From positions 144,584,001 to 144,648,000 of the forward strand of contig OX597816.1 in NCBI GenBank assembly GCA_951406725.2: a DNA stretch of 64,000 bases, read 5' to 3'. The notes below the pieces were generated by a model. It worked only from the letters and a program-made list of their open reading frames with translations, did no database searches and was not told the DNA's origin. The translations under genes and the position numbers were made by a program. This document shows, in pieces, positions 39,410-53,192 of the stretch (position 1 is its first letter; each line of letters opens with the position of its first letter). Source of the DNA: Octopus vulgaris (Eukaryota).

Positions 39410-39437
<28 letters not shown>

Positions 39438-39904
39438 CATTCAATAAATAATAATTATTACAAGGTTAAAGCTGATAAACAATCACAGTGTATTGGCTAA
39501 AGAAAATAGTCTAATAGTGGGACATATAAGCTCTCGATGGCAAAAAGTGGGTATTAGTATACATGGAAACATATTAATGTTAACATGCTGCCCCCTCAAA
39601 ATAAGGGTAGATGAATATTGCAAAGCTGTGACATGAGGAGATATTAATAAATTGGGTATAGCTGATCATGTGTGGAAAAATGGAGACCACCTCCCCCTGT
39701 GGGATGAAGTTAAAATAATAGACAGAGAATACCACTGAAAAAGACGAAAACTAAAAGAAGCAGCGCAACAACCCCCTAAGCAGACACAACAACCTCCTAA
39801 GCATACTGCGCACAGATATGAGCAGCATATGGGAACTGGTATTAAGGAAGGATAGGAAAATATTAGATTTATAAGCCCTAAAATTGACTCCATAATTGCC
39901 CACA

Positions 39905-39974
39905 GGCATATGGCATAGTGGTTAAGAGTATGGGCTACTAACCCCAAAATTCCCAGTTAGATTCCAGGCAGTGG

Positions 39975-40016
<42 letters not shown>

Positions 40017-40200
40017 TGATGATGATGATGACATCGAAAAATACCTTAGGAATGAGAACCCAGGTTCGAAATTTCCTCAAGACACCAGATGTGGCTGGAG
40101 GGTATATCAGCTGAAACGTGTTAACAACAAACAAGATGAGGACAAATATTCGTCAAATGTAAATAATGTACATAATAGCTCATCTCTTAAATATAAAACT
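39905..40200 (+). mobile_element. tRNA-like SINE head, (AAT)n/(GAT)n and a repeat tail with a decayed hammerhead-like motif
   Basis: TGGCATAGTGGTTAAG A box. ACAC-CAGATGT-GGCTG...CAGCT-GAAAC-GTGT at 40082-40121. Confidence 0.5.
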
Positions 40201-40744
40201 GTAATATTAATGTTTGTTTTTATGTCATAATAACAACTATTTTACTTTAATTTGAAGGATTACTCAATACATTTGGTAGGGTATAAATTTATTATTTTTT
40301 AACAAGAATAGTATTGATAGTGACATTGAAATTTTGGCCAGTTAAGCCATCAGTGGACTGTAATGAATATTTTCTAGAATCTGACCAACAACTTTAAACC
40401 TACCTACATACTCTTGCGAACATTAAAACATTTGACTTAAAAATTTTCCATGCTAGCAACACTGTGACATGCTTAAGTGATAACCAACACACCTCTCAAT
40501 ATAAACAGGCAAAAAAAACTATAAAGAGTACCAACCTGCTAACTCATGTAACAAATGTTATAACAAATGTGATAAAGAGATCAAATTCAACCAAATTCAT
40601 CAAGAAAACTCAATAATCATATTTTCCTTTGTTTTGTTTTCCTTTTTTTAATAATTGCTTGAAAATTAAATTATTCTCAGTTTAAGTGTGTATATTTTAA
40701 TATATTAAAAATTTAGTTACCATTTAAAATTTCATGTTAACAAT

Positions 40745-41045
40745 GTTGTTTGTTCCTTCTTGAGCCATGCCTGGCTCATAAAGGTTTCCCGGTTTCATTA
40801 GTATATAGTTTCCCTACCTGAATGGGATGCCAGTCCATCACAGGTGAGCTACTAGATGCAGGAGGAAAGGGTGAAAGGAAGTTGTAATGAAAGCGTGAGC
40901 AGAAGTTTGCCATTACCATCTGTCGGAGCCGCATGGAGCTTTGGTTTTGCACTCATAAACACACACATCACTTGGTCTGAGATTCAAACCCACAATTCCT
41001 TGACTGGAAGTGCACTGCTCTAACCACTTGGCCATGTGCTTCCAC
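40745..41045 (-). mobile_element. tRNA-derived SINE
   Basis: Minus strand TGGCCAAGTGGTTAGAGC (A box) and GGTTTGAATCTC (B box). Confidence 0.7.
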
Positions 41046-41183
41046 TTTTGTTAATAATAGAAAACATTAAATGTAAAATATTTCTTATATATATGTTGAT
41101 CTTTAAATTTAACATTCAGAAATATTGTCTAAATTGTTAATAAATTACTTGTGAATCAATTATTCCATATTTTGTTTTTATAG

Positions 41184-41513
41184 GATTCTATATCTATGCA
41201 GAATCTTCTTATGGAAAGCCTAATGATACTGCAGAGTTGAAGTTTCCAGTTTCTAATGTCAAAGAAAAAAGTCTGAAGTTTGCTTATAGTATGCATGGAA
41301 GTGGAATTGGACAATTATATGTAAAATTTAAAAATAAATCTGATGAGAAAATAGTATGGAGAATGAAAGGAGACCAAGGATTATATTGGCACAAAGTGTG
41401 TTTATTTATTGAATATGACATAAATGATATCGTCTTCATTGCTGAAAGAGGAGACTCCTACCTGGGAGACATTGCAATAGATAGTGTCTCTGTTGAAATG
41501 AAAGCATGCCCTG
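41184..41513 (+). CDS. Exon 10: MAM domain 3 remainder
   Basis: GFYIYAESS..LKFAYSMHGSGIGQLYV..GDQG..W..GDIAIDSV..C. TAG/GTAATA, phases 1 and 1. Confidence 0.95.
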
Positions 41514-43330
41514 GTAATACTTAAATATTTCGTCTTTACATGTATGTGTATATATAGATATGTGTGTGTGTGTTACTGTCTTGCTTGACATTGTGTAATA
41601 CTTGTAAATGTATGTCACTATCATGCAAGCATTGTCCTTAGTTTCCAATCTTCTGTGAAAAAAATGTCTTGCCATGAAGGAATATTACTTTACTTGGAAA
41701 CAGATGAGGGTTGGTAACAGGAAGGACATATGACCATAAAAATTCTACCTCCATAAATTCCATTTGCCCCATACAAGCATGGATAAATGAACATAAAAAT
41801 GATGATGATGATAAATATTAAGTTCAGTTATTATCATTTTGTATAGTTTGGTGAGCTGTAAGCTTAATCATGTTGACTTGTTCTAAATACACTACATGTA
41901 GTTGAAGTCTTCAAGTGGGGCTTTCCAGATCTAATGGCTTAAGAGACCTACATATATAGCTGGCTTTAGATATAACTTACCATTACCAGTTAACTGTCCA
42001 AAATTGCTATGTAGATATTAAAAATATAACAGTCTCCCTTTATTTTCTCTAGCTAATGCATATGTAAAACCTCAAAAGGGATTAGAATGGTTAGTCTATG
42101 GACTTCATAGGAAAATGTTCAGGATCAGATGAGAGAAATTGTAACAATCAAAACTGAAATTAAAGTCCAGAATTCTAATGGCAGTTGTCTACACTTTTAC
42201 TACATTTATGGTATATTATATTCTTTGTTATAGGAGTATTGAAAATAGATTTAATTCCCTATATTGCTGGTATTACTTTATTGATTCTGGAAGGACATAC
42301 AGCTTATCTGCCAATAGTAGAATATGAAATTGGTACCATGGCATGAACAGTCTTTGTTACTCAAAACTATCATGTTGCTTACAATTTCCACCCAGCATCC
42401 CCTCTCTGCTATCTTTCACCAAGATTACTTTAATTAAATCCTCTTTACCAGAGAACCAACATTCTGAAATTATTTCTTTTCATGGAAGAAATTCTCTTCA
42501 TGAAGAAGAAATGTTGCTATCTAATCTCACCAATCTCAGAGGAGGAGCAAAGATCATAAAGACTTCCACGCATATTGACTAAGCCGTAAAAAAATATAGA
42601 TTCTAAATATCAGAAGTCTTCTTGCTTCTGTTAGCTATGCTACTTTTACTAACATAATTTTGTTATTTGATATTGAAAATTTTAATTTCAGTATGTTGTG
42701 ATAAATGTTATATATTTTGAAAATAAGAAATCTGGAATCCAAAATATACTTTCCTGGGGATTCTGTGAATGTGTATTCAATGTTAAGCTTGTACAAATAG
42801 TTTCCACACTGAATATAGTATTCACATATTTTTTTTAAATATAGAAGAATAAACCCTAGTCTTGCAGGGTCGTGGGTGCTGATGCCAGGTAAAATTACCT
42901 CTGCTGGTGCTATGTAAAAACACCCATGTTTGTGCCACATAAAAGCTTCGTACACTCCAAAAAATGGTTGGCATTAAGAAGAGCATCCAGTCATAGAAAC
43001 CATGCCAAAACAGACAAATGGATGCTGGGCAGCTCTCCAGCTGGCTGGCTTCTGTCAAACCACCCAGTCCATGCCTGCATTGGGAACAAATGTTAAAAGG
43101 TGATGAGGAGGGAAATGAAATATTTTTAAACCTTGCAGTTGCTGTATTTCATTCAGCCTGGAAGGAGAAGGAGAACAATACTTTTCTCTAATATAAATTA
43201 AACAAATCAAATGTTTTACTATAGCAAGCAAAATTTCATAAGAATTTAGCCCATCTGAATTCTCTGCAAAATAGTTCTTGTGAATGTGTATCTAAATCTT
43301 CTCATATAAATTTTTTATAAATTGTTGCAG

Positions 43331-43429
43331 GACCCTTTGATTGTGATTTTGAAGATGGAATATGCAACTATAAAGTATCCAATACTAGTCATTTATGGAA
43401 AATTAAGAACCAAAATCCAGATTCCGGTG
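43331..43429 (+). CDS. Exon 11: MAM domain 4 start
   Basis: PFDCDFEDGICNYKVSNTSHLWKI. CAG/GTAATT, phases 1 and 1. Confidence 0.88.
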
Positions 43430-43590
43430 GTAATTTAGCTCACTTTTCATTAATTCAGCAGAGATGTGTATATAAACATGCAACCATACACATACATGAT
43501 ACACACATACAGATACATACTTACAGATACATGCATATATACAAACGTAGATATACACACACTTATATATATGTATATATGCAAATTATG

Positions 43591-43639
<49 letters not shown>

Positions 43640-43734
43640 TAATAATATTAGGGAGCATAACTCCAAACTTACAGGGAAAAATTCAATTTAGTATTAAATC
43701 AAATTTCACAGTATAAATACATAAAATATAAAAT

Positions 43735-44161
43735 ATGAATTAGAGATAAAACCACTATGATGCAACTCAAACAGTGATAGACATAAACCAATGCATAAAT
43801 AACAAATAATAAATGGTATATATAATTAATATAATATATAATATATATATATATTTTTTTCAAAAAGTATAAAATGAATGATAAATATAAGTAAAAACAC
43901 TACGTACATTTCATGGCTATAATTAAATTCGAATTACAATTAAGTTTAAATTCAATTGAAATAAATTCGAATTAAAATTATAGTCAATCTTCAGGTTAAT
44001 GATAATGGTTAAATAAATAAGCAAATAGAGTTTAAAAATATTTATTTAAGAAATAAATAGAATAATAATTTTTCTTATAGAAAAAACTCCATTTTCTAAA
44101 TTAGAAACTTAGAACATTAGGATTATTTCCTACAACACATTTATTATGATAAATATTTATA

Positions 44162-44192
<31 letters not shown>

Positions 44193-44305
44193 TAATTATA
44201 TATATTATATTAATTATATATATTATTTATTATTTGTTATATATGTACTGGTTTATGTCTATCACTGTTTGAGTTGCATCATAGTGGTTTTATCTCTAAT
44301 TCATA
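43735..44305 (-). mobile_element. AT-rich Penelope-like repeat with a hammerhead-like motif (43895-44000) and an inverted terminal segment
   Basis: Minus strand CTGAAGA-TTGACTATAATT...AATTATAGCCAT-GAAAT-GTAC-GTA. About 43737-43790 is the exact reverse complement of about 44249-44302. Confidence 0.6.
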
Positions 44306-44717
44306 TTATATATATATATATATATACATACACACAGACATACATAAATGTATGCATATCCAAACTCATTTACATTCATCTACCTTGTCTATCTATCTGT
44401 CTGTCTGTCTCCCTCCCCTTCCTCCTTCTTTCTCTTCCTCCCCCCTTCCTTGAAAACAGAAAACAGTTTTTTTTTGTTCTTTTGCTTATGCTTTATAACT
44501 ATTAATATCAGTTTTCCTTGGTTATGACTTCGGTATTTTGCAGTTGTTGTTGTTTTTGAGTTATGTGATTTACTAAATGAAAGAACACAATGACTCTCAT
44601 GAGATTTGAACTGATGATTTTACTGTGTTTAGCAGTACAGAATCTTAGCTACTTAGCCATTCTACTTCATTTTATGTATGTAAATTCTTCCAGTAAATTC
44701 TTTATGATGTTTTTTAA

Positions 44718-44930
44718 CCCTTTTGACACCAACCTGGCTGAAACTGCCTTTGGCTCAGTAGTACAAATGTCTTGTTTTCAAAAGTTCTGAATTAAAAAAT
44801 CTTCCACCAAAACTTAGTCGCAATTTATATTTCTAACACTAGCTAAGTTATTTTACTAAATTATTTGTTATATTTAAAATTAATTGAAAGAAATACAGAG
44901 CATCTCAACAGAAATATGGTAACAAAAGGG
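44718..44930. mobile_element. piggyBac-like MITE with TTAA target duplication (second copy)
   Basis: TTAA-CCCTTTTG...CAAAAGGG-TTAA, homologous to 25836-26056. Confidence 0.8.
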
Positions 44931-45229
44931 TTAAGGAAATTTGTCTTTCACCTTCATAAAGTTTACTTTTTACCATCTACAATATAATCTGCCTTTCTGT
45001 TATTAGGATGGCTTCCACTGTTCATTATTAGTGAAGAGGTAAAATGCTAGATCACTGGACTAAATGTCTTAAGCTGTTTTTTTTTTAACAATATGTAACT
45101 GGGAAAGAGTAGTATACCCGTAAGATTCTTATGATTTTTTCCTGTTACTGTTAGATTGATCACTTTTCTGACAGTGTCATCTTGCTCCACTCATTAATGT
45201 ATTTTCACTTTTATACTTTTATTTTGCAG

Positions 45230-45571
45230 ATACAAGCAGTTACTTATTTATTTATTCATATTCAAACACTGAAAATATATTTGAGATGAAGTCTCCTCAA
45301 GCTTTTGTGAAAGGAAATTCAAGTGTCAGCTTTAAATACAAAATGACAGAATATACAAAAGAGATTGCAGTGTTTACTTATGATGCTAAGTCAAGAAATA
45401 ACATTTGGTCTTCAAATTACAATAATATTACAGAATTCACAACAGCTTGTATAAATTTCCAATTTTCACAGGAAATAGGGCTGGGCTTTCAGATGACTGC
45501 AAATACAAATGCATCCATGAAGGAATATGCTTATTTGGATTATATTTCCATAAGTAATACAACATGTGAAT
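45230..45571 (+). CDS. Exon 12: MAM domain 4 remainder (divergent)
   Basis: SYLFIY..MKSP..VSFKYKM..IW..AYLDYISISNTTC. CAG/GTAAGA, phases 1 and 1. Confidence 0.88.
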
Positions 45572-46163
45572 GTAAGATTCATTTTTCAATTCTAAATGCA
45601 ATTCATATATTACAGATCTTTTGTATCCATTTAATATGTTTGAAATTGTAGAAAATTTTTAGCTGCAAATAATTATTTTACAGAAATGGATTCCCTAGTA
45701 ATACAAACCAAGTAGTCTTTATATGAAATTGTTGGCAAACTGTTAAAAACTATAGTAACAAAGTGCAGTGGGGATGGAATTTATATTTTTATCATAATCT
45801 TAAAATTTGTCATTTGAAACTGTTTCATAATAAACTGTTTATTTGCTAAATTTTATCAGTTTAATGATTATAATAAACATAAATTTTGCATAAGTAATGC
45901 GTCTTTACAATTATCTATATATATTCTTTAAAGCATCAGTACACAGCAGGTTTATTTGTGCAAAATTAGCCATGGAAGCAATAGTTATTGTTGCTGAATC
46001 ACTGATTTCTATAAAACCTATCTGAGAAACAATAAATAACTCAAAATCTGAAATTGCAAGATGAAACTTTATACTAACACTCAAGAGTGAGTCCATTAAA
46101 CACAGCTAGTGTAAAATAATTTTTTGCAATTATTTGATCTTTTACTGATCTTATGAATTTCAG

Positions 46164-46301
46164 CAAAATTCTTCAGCTGTGCTTTTGAAGACACAAATAT
46201 GTGTGGTTTTAAAAGTTTCCCAGAAAGAGATTCTTGGACTTTAAGTAATGGTTTGTCTGGTGAAAGACCAAAACTTGATCATTCAGAAAGAACTTATGAA
46301 G
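46164..46301 (+). CDS. Exon 13: MAM domain 5 start
   Basis: FSCAFEDTNMCGF..W..RPKLDHSERTYEG. CAG/GTAAAA, phases 1 and 1. Confidence 0.9.
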
Positions 46302-46808
46302 GTAAAATATATTTTGATAATTAAACTACTTGCTGTTTTAAAGTCTATTTTTCTACAATAGCATATGTTGGAAATGACTGCAACAGGTATTACTCCTAAC
46401 GTATATCAATCTTTCATTTTTATATGATTTGATCTGTAATGTTCAATTGTCTCAGTTCTGATTTAACTACTTCTCAATCTATGCTTGACTTCTAAATGCA
46501 TTTCCATTGCACACTATCTTCATCTAGTATTCACTCACATTACTACAAGCATGTTCTAAATCCACTTAATAATTAACTTATACAATGGACAGTACTCAAG
46601 TAATTACTATTTCATCACTGAAGAATAAGTACTGGTTCTTTTATGTCTCATTACTGTATAATATCATACATCTTACACTTATCTTTCATGCAGGAAAAAG
46701 AACATTTTCTTACTAATGAATGTATTAATTTTAAAAGCATTTTTCACTCACTTTAAATGCTTGGTCACAGATGATGAGGATATTTATAATAAATATTTTA
46801 TTTTCTAG

Positions 46809-47111
46809 GTCTATATGTGATGTCGAGTTCTAGAGGGTTAAGCCGTCTAGAATTACCAACAATAACCATGGAAAATACTTTCTGTTTGAACTTTTATTAT
46901 ACATTCTTTGGTAATGGCAATGCGTCAGTCTATAACAACGATACTTTCCTAATGAGTCTTTCTAAATTTGATGTCGATAACTGGAGGAATGTCAAAATTA
47001 CTCTACCAAAAGGGAGACACAATATTTCTTATATATACTGGAAAAACAACACATATGGAACTGTGGCATTTGATAGTGTTTCAACAACCCCAGGAAAGTG
47101 TTCACACACAG
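46809..47111 (+). CDS. Exon 14: MAM domain 5 remainder
   Basis: GLYV..SRLELP..FCLNFYY..WRNVKITL..VAFDSVSTTPGKC. TAG/GTAAGA, phases 1 and 1. Confidence 0.92.
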
Positions 47112-47658
47112 GTAAGACCAAGCAAATTTTAATTTTTCTAGATATATTTATTGTGAGCAATAAGCAAATATCATTAAAGAGGATATGACAAGTACATGTA
47201 TACACAAATATACAAACTGGCTGCAATAGTTCATACATTTCATTTGCAATTTCTTCTTTATATTAAAAAAAAACAAACTTGTATTTCAATCATATGAAAC
47301 CTAACAACACTTAAAGGAAGGTATGCATAGAGTACAAACAAATCAAAAGATCTGATCTCATTCAGCAGTATCATTAAAAGATATCTTTCTTATCTACATT
47401 TAGTTGACGATCTTCAAATTTAATTGAAGTTCTCGAGACAATTATACTCATCACCTGTGTTTCTCTTTAAACAAGAATTTAAACTAGTAGGCCTGTGATG
47501 AAAATCAGATATTTTATTCTTAAAATTGTACATTGTATCAGGCTGAACTTTTACTTCAGAGCATTTTTTCTAAAGAGTACTTATACAATAATTGATAAGT
47601 ATTGACAGCAAGCACTATGTACTATTATTAATGTCGTTATTTCTTTTCCATTTAAAAG

Positions 47659-47772
47659 ACTGTGGAGAAAACTGGAAACCTTGTAATAATAACTACACAT
47701 GCTACCCGTATACAGCAAAATGTGATGGGATAAACAATTGCCCTGATGGAGAAGATGAATTTAATTGTACAA
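47659..47772 (+). CDS. Exon 15: LDL-receptor class A repeat 1
   Basis: CGENWKPCNNNYTCYPYTAKCDGINNCPDGEDEFNC. AG/GTAAGT. Confidence 0.93.
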
Positions 47773-49807
47773 GTAAGTGTTATGAACATTTAGTTTTGTT
47801 CAAATAGATCTTTTCAGAAAAAGTGATAAATTCCAAAAATTAGTTTTGGTTGTTAGGATTAGCATTTAAAAAAAAGAAAAAAAGGTTTAAACATTCATTT
47901 CAAGAAATATTATTTTCATTATGATGATGATGATATTTCTCATCGTCTTAATTGTTACCATCTCAGTCATTACTAGTATCACAATAATCATAATCATCAA
48001 AACTACCACCACTATCACCAGCATCACTACAATTTTCACTGTCACTGCCATCACAAGCATCACCAAGCCAGAAAGAGCAGCATACCCAGACTGCAGCACT
48101 ACTTCTTATGCAATTTAACTGTTGTATGTTGAAGTGTGTAATATGGATACACTAATAGCTACAGACATGGTATACCTGTATAATGAAGATGAGTTAATGA
48201 GAGAAATGTGGAAATGATGTATGACTTGAGATGAAATGAACTGGTAAGTGACGATTTATTCTCATTATAAAATACAATGATTGCCATACATGAAATAGAA
48301 TAACATAACAGGTTACAACAAAGATGTGTGAGAGACTTCATGGTTAGGCTGGACTATTGATCTTGTAGACATAGTTGAATTACTGTTTGGTAGTGTGTAG
48401 AGGCAGCTGTTGGTCTGTTGGTTGTTTGATGTTCATACAGCAATGATGTAGGCAGGGGTCTGGTGTAGATGAAAATGGAAGCTGGCTGGTGTCAGATACA
48501 TCGTTGCCAGAGATGAGTAGCATGTGGACAGTGGCATGTGCCAAAAACAAAGCTTAGTCAAGAACTGTCATTCTTATAGAGATCAGTAGGCTCTTAGAGC
48601 TGGTGATTAATTTCCTGTGTAAGAAAAAATGAACTGTTGCACCAACACAATTGGATGGCTGGAAACCAACCAATACGAACTGCAAATTTGGCTAATCACC
48701 ATGTCATGTCACCTGCTGGAATGAAAAGGCTTGAGGAGCCAAGATCCAGGTATTCAAGCCTAGATGAGTCAAAATTAAGAACATCGCATACATAATGACA
48801 GTATAAATTGCTTCTGCTACACATGGAACAGGTAGATCTGCGAGTCACACTTCATCATTCAACTGTTTATTTGAATGCAATAGGTGTGCTCAATAAAAAC
48901 TAACCTGTGTTTAATCAACAAAAGCAAACAACAGTACCACCACCACTACCACTGCTGCCACCATCACCACATCATCATCATCATCCTTTTCATTTTCTAT
49001 CAAAAGGGTTATAATATTTTAAATAGAAATTAGTGAACTAATTTGTTTTGGAATTGTGAAAAGCCTTTCTTTTCTTTATTATTGTCATGAGAAAAATCAT
49101 TAATCTGACACTTTATGCTTGTATATTTGAGTAGAAAACCAATTTTTGTAGGATAGATGAAACAGGTAGTTGAACTCACTTCAAAATATTACAGTTACTT
49201 ATTCTACTAATTATAGTGAAATGAAAAGTAAAGCAAATTCTCATTGTATATCAATGTTGACTATAAAAACATAAAATCAAAATATGCAATTATTTTTCCT
49301 TGCTGCTCTTATTATCACCACTACTTCCATTGCACTTAGGCAAGGAACCAATATTGCAACTGATATTAATGCTTTAAGAAGTAAGAGCTAGTAGAACACT
49401 TAATTGCTCATATTTAATTTCATCTCCCAACATTTTGACTTAAAATCATACCAGAATCAACTTCGCTTTTTATGCATTCAGGGTTAATACAAATAACACT
49501 AGCAACAATTTGAAATTGAATCTAGTCATAAAATATCAGTAATTGAACAAGCATTTTAGTATAAATCTAGTAAATGTATTTAAGTTAAAAATAGTTAACA
49601 ATGTAAAATAAATACTTAATAGATTTTACTGTCATCTCTCATTAAACTGAACTTAAAGCAATTCCACAGGGATCAGTTGTGCCATTCATATCTCCAGGAG
49701 CAAATAACATGCACCAGATGAATCTATCACCTTACCTTCAAAAATTAGTTTCATCCCTAACCCAGAGTAACCAATATTCCACTCCAAATTCTTTTTTATT
49801 ATTACAG

Positions 49808-49955
49808 GTGGAAAACGAAAATTTAGATTAGTTGGTGGCCAAAGTTTGCTGTCGGGAACAGTGGAAATGCATAATGGTTCACAATACTCACCAATATGTG
49901 CATACAGATTCTTACTGGAAGGAGTGGAACAGATTTGCTCTGAATTTGAAGTCAA
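49808..49955 (+). CDS. Exon 16: SRCR domain 2, first half
   Basis: FRLVGGQSLLSGTVEMHNGSQYSPIC..VEQICSEF. CAG/GTAAAT, phases 1 and 2. Confidence 0.9.
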
Positions 49956-51745
49956 GTAAATATTTTATTGTGTATTTATTACAGCTATTTATAGTGTTAA
50001 AAATGCTAGCTATTTTAAGCAAACCTACAATTTTGACCATATCATTACTAATTATATATATCATCAACACTATCATTGTTTAATGTTTGCCTTCCGTTCT
50101 GACATGGGTTGGACAACTTGACAGGAGTTGGCTATGCAGGAGTCTGCACCAGACTTCTATGTCTGTTTTTGGCATGGTTTTTACAGCTGGATGTCCTTTC
50201 TAACACCAACCACCCAGCAGGGTATATAAAATAAAAGTCAGGAATTAAAAATAAATATTGTGGGCAATTCTTTTGATTAAAACCTTTCAATGCAGTGCTC
50301 CAGCATAGCTAAAGTTCATTGACTGAAACAAGTAGAAGATAAAAAATAAAAGATACATTAAAAAACAGTTGATATTTCATTTAGAATCTACAGATAAAAC
50401 CCATTTTTTGTCATAAAGTATTAACTTTTGCCTGATTTTCATCGAGGACTCAACTCCCCTTCCATGACTTATTGTCTGTATTCTCACTTATGCTCATCTT
50501 CTTGTACCTTTTGAATTTGCTCTACCACTTCTTTCCTTTTGTCTCCTTCAAGCACGAATCTCTTCTATAACAAGACATTTGAGTTTGTTTGTCTATCATA
50601 CTTTAGCCTTTAAACACCTGTGTAAAGCCACCCACTTCCAAATATACCCCTTTCAAATATTCCCTCTTAGTAGTAGGATCTTCTTTCCTTTCTCTTTTCC
50701 CTATTCTTTCCCTATCATGCAAATTACACGACAACCTCATTATTGCTGGTATCACATTAAAAGCACCAGTACACTCTGTAAAGTGGCTGGCACTAAGAAG
50801 AGCATCCAGCCATAGAAACCATATACATACATACATACATAATATATGCAATGCATATATATATATATATACAATATGTATGTATGTATTCAATATATCA
50901 ATGCAAATAGCTTGGCAATTGCATGTAATTAAGATACAGATACAAATGGTGGTGAACCATCATTTGAAAATGAAGATTCAGATTTTTGATCAGCTGAGTT
51001 CTGAAGTAATGTATAAGTGGTTGAGCATACCACAGACAGCATTTAATGTAATCATGGACACAATCACCATGATTCTGTCCTAATGAGTGTAACAAGGAAG
51101 TAATTTTTGAATTGCTGGAATAACTCATCTACATGGTTTCACTAGTTTCCATCTATCCAATTTCATTCATAAGTTATCTGCGCCTACAAATACAAATAGT
51201 TTCCTTTTAGATAAAGCCTATGCAATATGGGACAGGTACAAAAGCATAAAGATAAAGTGCTGGTCCCTTGACTCCATCTTCATAAATTCAAACTTTATGA
51301 AAGAAATTGCCCTGCTGTCCTGCTCTAAACTCTTCTTTCAGTTTGCTTAACAAAATATAAAATGAAATAGGTTCCATTTGTATTTAATTGTTGAAGGATA
51401 TCCATCATCATAAAGAAATGCTCCAATTAAGAAACCATTCAATATATTCAATTATAATTCTGAGTTATAGGTAGGGCATCCATCAATAAAAACCAATTTA
51501 TCTAACAAACTATCCCACCTATGCATGCCTCAGTAATGCTACTCTTACTTCTAGCTGATTAATTAGCTGTAAATAGGATATACTGTAGTAAAAACAATTC
51601 ATCAGACAATCAGATAATTTCACATAAGCAAGAGTGGAAAATGTTTGTAATACTGTAAAAATAAATGGAACATAACATGACAAATAAAATAAATAAAATA
51701 TGAAATGAATTATGCAAAGTAAATGTCTTTCATTTCTTATTACAG

Positions 51746-51888
51746 TGGGACTGTAACTTTGCAAAAAAAGTTTATATATTTGACTGAAGAATACTTTAAT
51801 TGTGTTTATCGTGAGTTTAACTGTTATAAGAGAGAATGTTCAAGCCGCTGTTATTGTTCTTCACTTTATGTGACTTGTTCTAATACAA
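51746..51888 (+). CDS. Exon 17: SRCR domain 2, second half (divergent)
   Basis: FNCVYREFNC..C..LYVTC. CAG/GTAAGT, phases 2 and 1. Confidence 0.82.
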
Positions 51889-52132
51889 GTAAGTTATTAT
51901 CAATTATATTTCCTTTTTTTTATATGTTGTGATGTATGAGTGTCGAGGAGAAAGTGAACACCTGGTAACTTGAGACCATAATGCAATTTCATTTCCCATT
52001 TTAGGTTGCTTTCCTCTCTCTAAGTTAACAAAAAAACAAAGCATCCATTTTACAATAAAATTGCAAGGATCAAATAAAATAAATATATGAGATTGAAACA
52101 GTTGAACACTGTCTACCATTTCTTAGCAACTA

Positions 52133-52584
52133 TTATAATGTGTCCCTGGGCATGGAGACATTGAAATTCCGATGTCTGGCAGCTGATTTGGCAGATACCC
52201 ATAAAATTATTAACCATCTTACAAACAATAACTCTGAGCACCTTTTCAAACTCCACATGTCTAACACCCGTGGACATGTTTACAAAGTCAGAAAACAGCA
52301 CAGCTCCCATGACTTTCAGAAACATTTTTTCATGCTAAGAGTTGCTGAAGCATGGAACAGACTGCCGGCATCAGTTGTTAGTTGTCTGAGCACTGCATCC
52401 TTCAAAAGTTCTATGCTTCCAGAGATTCGCCAACACTACACCTGATTTTCTCTCCTCCATACACACACAAGCATGTATCAGACTCATACACTGTTCACTT
52501 TCCAGACATTTGTACATTACTGCATATACTATATGCGCACTTTTTGACAAGTTGTGGTGCACATGAGCACTGTATACAATAAGT

Positions 52585-52625
<41 letters not shown>
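52133..52625 (+). mobile_element. CR1/L2-group LINE 3' end with (TTA)n tail
   Basis: LETL..R....DL...HKI, NTRGHVYK and FF..RV..AWNRLP, followed by a 3' UTR and (ATT)n. Confidence 0.85.
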
Positions 52626-53192
52626 TTTTTTTTTTTTTTTTTTAACTTAGTCATCTGAGATTATGAAATTTTAATAACTTATTGGAATCATTTCTGGAAA
52701 ATGATTGGAAGTGAGAACTTGCAATAAAACTAAGAAAATGGAAAGTAAATTGGTAGAAAATACTGTGATAAATACATTAGTCTTAAGTTTAAAATTTACC
52801 ATGTTGTCTGAATTACATTCTTTAGAAGTTGATAAAATAGCAGTGCTGCACTGAGGATTCAAATCGGTTGACTCTACCATCTGCTCTGCATCAGGCCAGA
52901 TAAACCTGATATATTTCTTCTTCACTAGTTCCTAGATTTATTTCCTCACTAACTACACTTACTGACCTGTTTATTTAATTCTTATAGCCTATTGCAACAC
53001 TATGTCATCTGTTACCTAGCTCAATATCTATCTTAACATCATGGTGAGAGAGCATGTGATGATATCTACATAAAAATTACAATTGATTGGTTGCCAGTCA
53101 TATGATCCATTGTCAACATCAAGTTCTATATGTTTATAGAATATTTTATTATAACTCAATTACATATTCGTTTTTTTCTTTACATCTTCAAG

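Noticed and set aside
40745-41045. Minus-strand SINE as promoter for the ribozyme strand of the array
   Set aside because: Pol III would stop at many T-runs long before the array. No promoter for the array was identified.
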